A stretch of DNA of 64,000 nucleotides from Chara braunii (lineage: Eukaryota > Plantae > Charophyceae). The stretch lies in NCBI GenBank assembly GCA_003427395.1, contig BFEA01000031.1:3718452-3782451 (forward strand), given 5' to 3'. Both the position numbers and the translations under genes were made by a program. Positions within the stretch are counted from its first letter, which is position 1. Each line of letters starts with the position of its first letter. Below are positions 58,561 through 64,000 of this stretch, in pieces. Under the pieces are notes generated by a model. It was given only the letters and a program-made list of their open reading frames with translations. It did no database searches and was not told the DNA's origin.

Positions 58561-61500
58561 ACCTGGCTTGCGTCATCAGACCAAGCGGGATAACGACTCT
58601 AGGTTGGTGGTAGGTGTGAGGGGATGGACTACCCACGCCATTGTGAGGGACCGGACGGTGAAGGTAGTGAGCGCGCAGTGTCGGGGTGGTGTTGGGACTT
58701 CTTTTTCTTGCCCTCCGAAATTTTGGTTTTTCTTTTTGAAATCCTGCCTTCGTAATCTTGGACTTTTTGGAAGATTCTGTGATCTCCTTCCTCTTCTCTT
58801 ATAATGCCCCTTTTCCTTCTTTCTCTTTTTCCATGGATGAGGCCACATATGATGGTTGTGGGTCAATCGTCTCAACTTGCATGCATAATCTTTGTTCATG
58901 ATATGGAGATCAGATGATTAGGGGATGGATGCATGAGAAGTCTTAACCTATAGGAATCAGGGAAAACAGCCGAGTTGGTCGTCTCATGTCGCTTTCTTCA
59001 CGTTATGAACGAACCATATGTTTATGTGGCCATGTTGCAGGTGGCCGTTGAGACGGTCAGCTGCGCATGCACACATACGAAGAATCCGTCCACATCAGGG
59101 TTATATCTGTAATGTTTTTATATCTCTGATTCTGCCAAAACATGACCATATTGGTGTGAGTTCGTAGCATGGAGTTCGGCGTCCGCTTATGAGTAACCGA
59201 TCACGAGTGCTTGAGGGATTGTGAATATTGGGAAAACGAGTACTTCTCTCGCCACCAGCAATTGAGATTCCCCGCCTTCACGCATCAGACGAGAGAAGAA
59301 CGTTTATGCAAGTGGGATATCCAACAGGCTCTGGACCACAGTCCTTGACCCACGCAACATCCCGACACGCATAAACTTCAAGTGTTCATGAAGTCGGGAT
59401 TTGTGGTTATTGAAACTGAATTCCCTCCTCACTATCTTCTCCGCCCCTACCATAATCTAATTGTGTCAGGTGATTGTAAAAGGAGCAGACCGCTTGCCTT
59501 GAATGCATTTTTTCGGATTCTAACGTGAGTTTCATTCTCATTTGGTACACTTTGTGGGACGTGAGATTTGCTCCTGTTGTTACTGAACGTGCTTCTCGCT
59601 ACCATCATATTTCTTGATCGCGCTCTTCGCGGTGGTCACATACATCATGTAGTTCGTCTTTGCGGTGCTCCTCTTAATGGAGGTGTCGAGCGCATCGGTC
59701 CCGCAGGGGGACCCTCCCAACTGCGTCACGCAAGATTTAGTAGGACGTCTCGCAGAGCGTTGCCACTCTGCCCAAGTGCGCCAGGTGCACCTCTCATGAA
59801 CCCCTACGATAGAATAGGGTCACTCGAGTCACAACTTACCTCCACCTGCGCAGGTTGTCACCATCCCTTAGGTTGGCGTATCCCCTCCGAGTGACCGAAC
59901 TATGTACGAAAGATTTTCGTATGCAATTGGAAAGGCTGCCCAACCGAGGGTGTTTCTCGCTCGTTGTAACATAGTGCGTACGAGCGGTTAACACTTGAAT
60001 CGAACCCGTGCGTGAACCGTTGCTTGAGGCACTAATCTCTCAAGCGCGATCCCACACCGGTCGATTAGGACGACCAATCTAACCACGCGACACAGTTATC
60101 AATGAAAACTTAGGTCCATAAGCAAACCACTCCTAGTCCATTTTACAAATGTTTCGTCCCATAACTTGTCCAGTGTAAGAATTTCGGGTGTGGTGAGCAC
60201 AAAAATGCATAAGATGGACGCACGCGTGAGAGAATCCAGAACATTCAACTATACGTACTCACACAATCTATGTCATGATGACGCTTTATGCTTTACCCAT
60301 AATCATGTAGCACTCCACAGGTTTCAGCATTACGCATGACACTCAAGTGTCAGAAACGACAAATTGAGAAGAAAATATACTTCACGATGTAGAACAGTTG
60401 AAAGATAAGTCGTTCAACCATCGAGGCGTCTCTGACCTTTAGCAGCGCGCTATGATGGGCAAAGCGCAATGTTCGGCGCACTGCGAAAACCCTTTTGTGC
60501 TTAACAGAAACTTGAAATATCATGGAAAAAGGTCATGAATTTCAAGTTCAAGACCAATGTTCAACTAATTAATTCATACGATCAACCTCACAAACATTAA
60601 ACGGTTTGGACATCAACATTCACACAATACACAAACAATCAGTAAGATTCAAACCATCACCCTTCATGCATACATGTGACTACACAAAATTTGAACAACA
60701 ACATCTCACACATTAAGGGAATCATTTTTTACCATTCCCTACAACTCATACGTCGTCTTACCCATACAAACTACAACAATTTTTCATCACCTCACAACAA
60801 AGATGCTTAGTCTTTAAAAATTGTCATTTAGAAACTTTAAGAAGTTTGGGTGAAAATCACAAGAAATATGTAAAACCGACGGGGGTTAAAGTTTTAGGGT
60901 GAGGTGGAGAAACATATGTAAACTTGTGTTGTAAACTGACCTTTCATTGAATGTTAACAGAAGAATGATGATCCTCGAAGGATCAGGCTGAAACTAGTCA
61001 AACCTTCGACTTAACATTGATCTGCACCACAACACATGCCAAAAAACCAGTGCCTCTCCTAAAAAATGGAAAGTAAGTTCCGCACTAACTTAAACTGTTG
61101 TACCAATCCTTCTTGACTACGTCGTCAATCGACAAATGAGATCTTTAAAAATTTTAGCATCATCTTCCGTAGATCGATAAACTTTACCAACTTTTTTTTT
61201 GACAGAAAATAAACCGATTCCTCAATTTGCATGAAATTCCGGCAGCGCTTCCTGTAGAAAAAATATATTTCCGAAATTTCTACGGTCTAAGAAAATACTT
61301 ATTCTCTCAGATTTATAAAACTTTCGGTAACGCTTCCTGTAGGAGAAGTCAACTATCAAGATTTGTACAAAGTTCAAAATGCAAAGCAAAATACAATTAT
61401 GCTTGTCACTAACTCCTGAGACTTAGATAATAGTTAGAATTAGAGATAGATTACGCAATACCTTTTTGAAGATAGTATCGTGAGCTACCACTAGTCCTAA

Positions 61501-62628
61501 CCTTCAATAGGGCCATTCCTATCTCGTCTCAAACTTCCCTGCCATCTTCCATTCCAACCCGCTTATACTTCCAGCACTCGGTGAACATTTAAAGCGACTA
61601 AGCTATCAAAAGATGGTCGAAAAAATAACCTACAAAGCACACACAAGTAACTACAATAACACTTCTCACCAAACTCTCAAGTTGTTTATCAGATTATGAA
61701 TCATAATTCATTTTGCCTCTTAATTAAATTAAATCTTTATATCTCTTTCTCACTTATGATGTAGGGTTAAATTGCCTTATCCTAAGCGTACGTTCAACCT
61801 GCTTTAAATAATACTATATAAAACTATATGACTAAACGCCTCATCCTAGAGGTATGTCTAGTCACATGTAGACACTAGACATAAAGTGTACCACTAACTT
61901 AAAGTCGCCCATCCTGGCGTACGCTTAACCAATTTTATAAATTGACATAAGACATATAACTATACTGCCCCACAACTTAAAAAAATTGGGGAGTCTCCAA
62001 TATCACTATTTTTTTTTTCATTCCTAAGAATATGACAGATATGCATAAAACCCCTTCGAAAGACCCAACAGATAGAAGGGGGGAAATGCAACTAAGTCAT
62101 GGCATGTCATAATTCAAACACTCATAAAAAAATAAACCCCACCTACAAACCAACTGATGAGAAAGATAAAGTTGCAAAGCATCACAATAACATTCGTGCA
62201 ATGTTGAACCATCAGTACATCGGTCTCGGGGCAAAAACCCTGACAATGGTATTTGCTCAAAACTTTCTATGTCATACACTGTCCAATGAATGATAGGGTT
62301 TATACTTAATATGATAACGAGAATTGTCAGAAGGTTGTCCTAACTTATCTTGTAACCCTTGCGCCTTGAATTTAGCATCTTACATTCAATAAATTTTGGT
62401 AAGGATCGAACTCACGGTTCGCCGTCCCCGTGATTAGCAACGCGTGCGAGGGCGAATCTTACTTTTTTTTTAGTAAAAACGCGTGGCCGGAAGGTCAGCC
62501 AATCTAGAGTCTTCACGACGAAAGAAGGTCGACCCTAAAGCTTACGCGGTCGATGGTTAAACATGTGGGCTATAAATTATTATTGTTATTAATATTATTA
62601 TTATTATTATTAGCAGTAGTAGTACTAT

Positions 62629-62666
<38 letters not shown>

Positions 62667-64000
62667 ATAGTATTTATGTCATAGGAAACAGGCAACGTTC
62701 GGGTCCACATAGCGTTTAACAAAGCGTCTCGTATACTTTGGCAAAACAAACAAACGACATCGGTTTACCTACCTCTGCGACTACATGTAAAAACTTTCGC
62801 ATGTGAGTCAGTAGCTCGGTAGGGATACAACCCCAAGGGTGGTGACAACCCTGTAGGGAAGATAAGTTGTGCCCCATGAAAATATAGCTTGTCGTAGAGA
62901 ACCGTGGGAAGTACGGTTGGCGCACCCAGCTAGAGCAGGAAAGGAACAACGCGACTTTGCCAATCTCGACGACTCAGGTGATTTCTTCTGACGCCAAGTT
63001 GTCTATTCTTAAGTTTCATTTAACTTCTGCGTGATGTAGCTGGGAGGGCTCTCGCCATTTGCGAAAAATGCGGAAGTCGATGTGCTCGACACCGGGACCT
63101 TAAGGTGCGTTGTTACGTACCAAGCTTTGCTGAACCGGAAACCATACATTTGTTTTCTTTATTGATTGACACCATCAGCATTGTGGAACAACAGACCCAA
63201 TGTGCTAATTTTTTGGATGACAGACGAGTTCAATTTTGACAAGGTTTGAGTTGTGTACTAGCGGTTGAGCACAATCGAATTCAGGAAGCCCAACCGACAA
63301 TGCACAACGGGTACGAGTGTACGGCTCACCAAGTTTCTCAAAGCACAGGTCGCACAACATATGCATTATGAAACCCTCGTATGAGAATGGATGAGTCAGG
63401 ATAATGGAAAAAAATTCCCCTCCTGAGGGTTTCAATCTATAACTTCTGCCAAGGATATAGCAACTGATCTTTACATAAAGAAACAAGCACGATTGAATTG
63501 AACGGAAAAAGTATTGAAAACATATTCAATGAATTTTGATTATGGATTTATGAAAAAAATTATAATTTGAGTGGATTAAATTATAAGGTATAAATTTCTA
63601 AGGATCCACTATCCTGAGATTTCGATGGCTGCTCTTCCAAACCTTTGGGGTTGGGTAGAGACAGGGTTGTCGAGCCCCGGCCCCGGGGCCCCGGCGGGGG
63701 TGCGGGAATCCGGGGGTGGGCACCCTTGACCCAGGCTCCGGACCCGACCCCCCCCCCCAAAAAAAAAAATAAAATAAAAAAATACAGAGGCGTGCGCAGC
63801 GGCGGCCTGCACCCCCTGGGCCGAACTGCAAAAAATGCAGTTTTGGCCTCACCTCGGGCCCCACCTGGGGCTACACGCACCCCTGGTGAGCCCGGGGTGG
63901 CCCTGGGCGCGGGGCCGGGGAGGGACTAAATGGGGTGCGGGGCCGGGGATGGCTCGGAGTGGGGGCGGGGTGCGGGGTCGGGGCTAGGGATTTCGAGAGG

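Overview
This is repeat-rich eukaryotic DNA with many N gaps. Plant-type snRNA sequences and a GAPCp-type GAPDH suggest a streptophyte, possibly a Chara-like alga; the organism is inferred, not proven. Most of the window is one large minus-strand gene for a secreted S8 subtilase of the KP-43/TagC-like type. I traced 13 phase-consistent coding exons by hand (49111 down to 2620, 752 codons) containing the complete Asp-His-Asn-Ser catalytic set. No further exon was found in 1-2619, so the gene probably continues past the left edge. Its ~21 kb first intron holds an intronless, same-strand plastid-type NAD-GAPDH (GAPCp-like) gene. The introns also contain three 3'-truncated U2 and three 3'-truncated U6 snRNA retrocopies (three with target-site duplications), a small repeat family carrying a hammerhead-ribozyme core in inverted and tandem arrangements, several MITE families, and many microsatellites. 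The right end (~52-64 kb) is decayed transposon-like sequence. Two Nextera mate-pair junction adapters show that 41.4-43.4 kb is partly assembly artefact.
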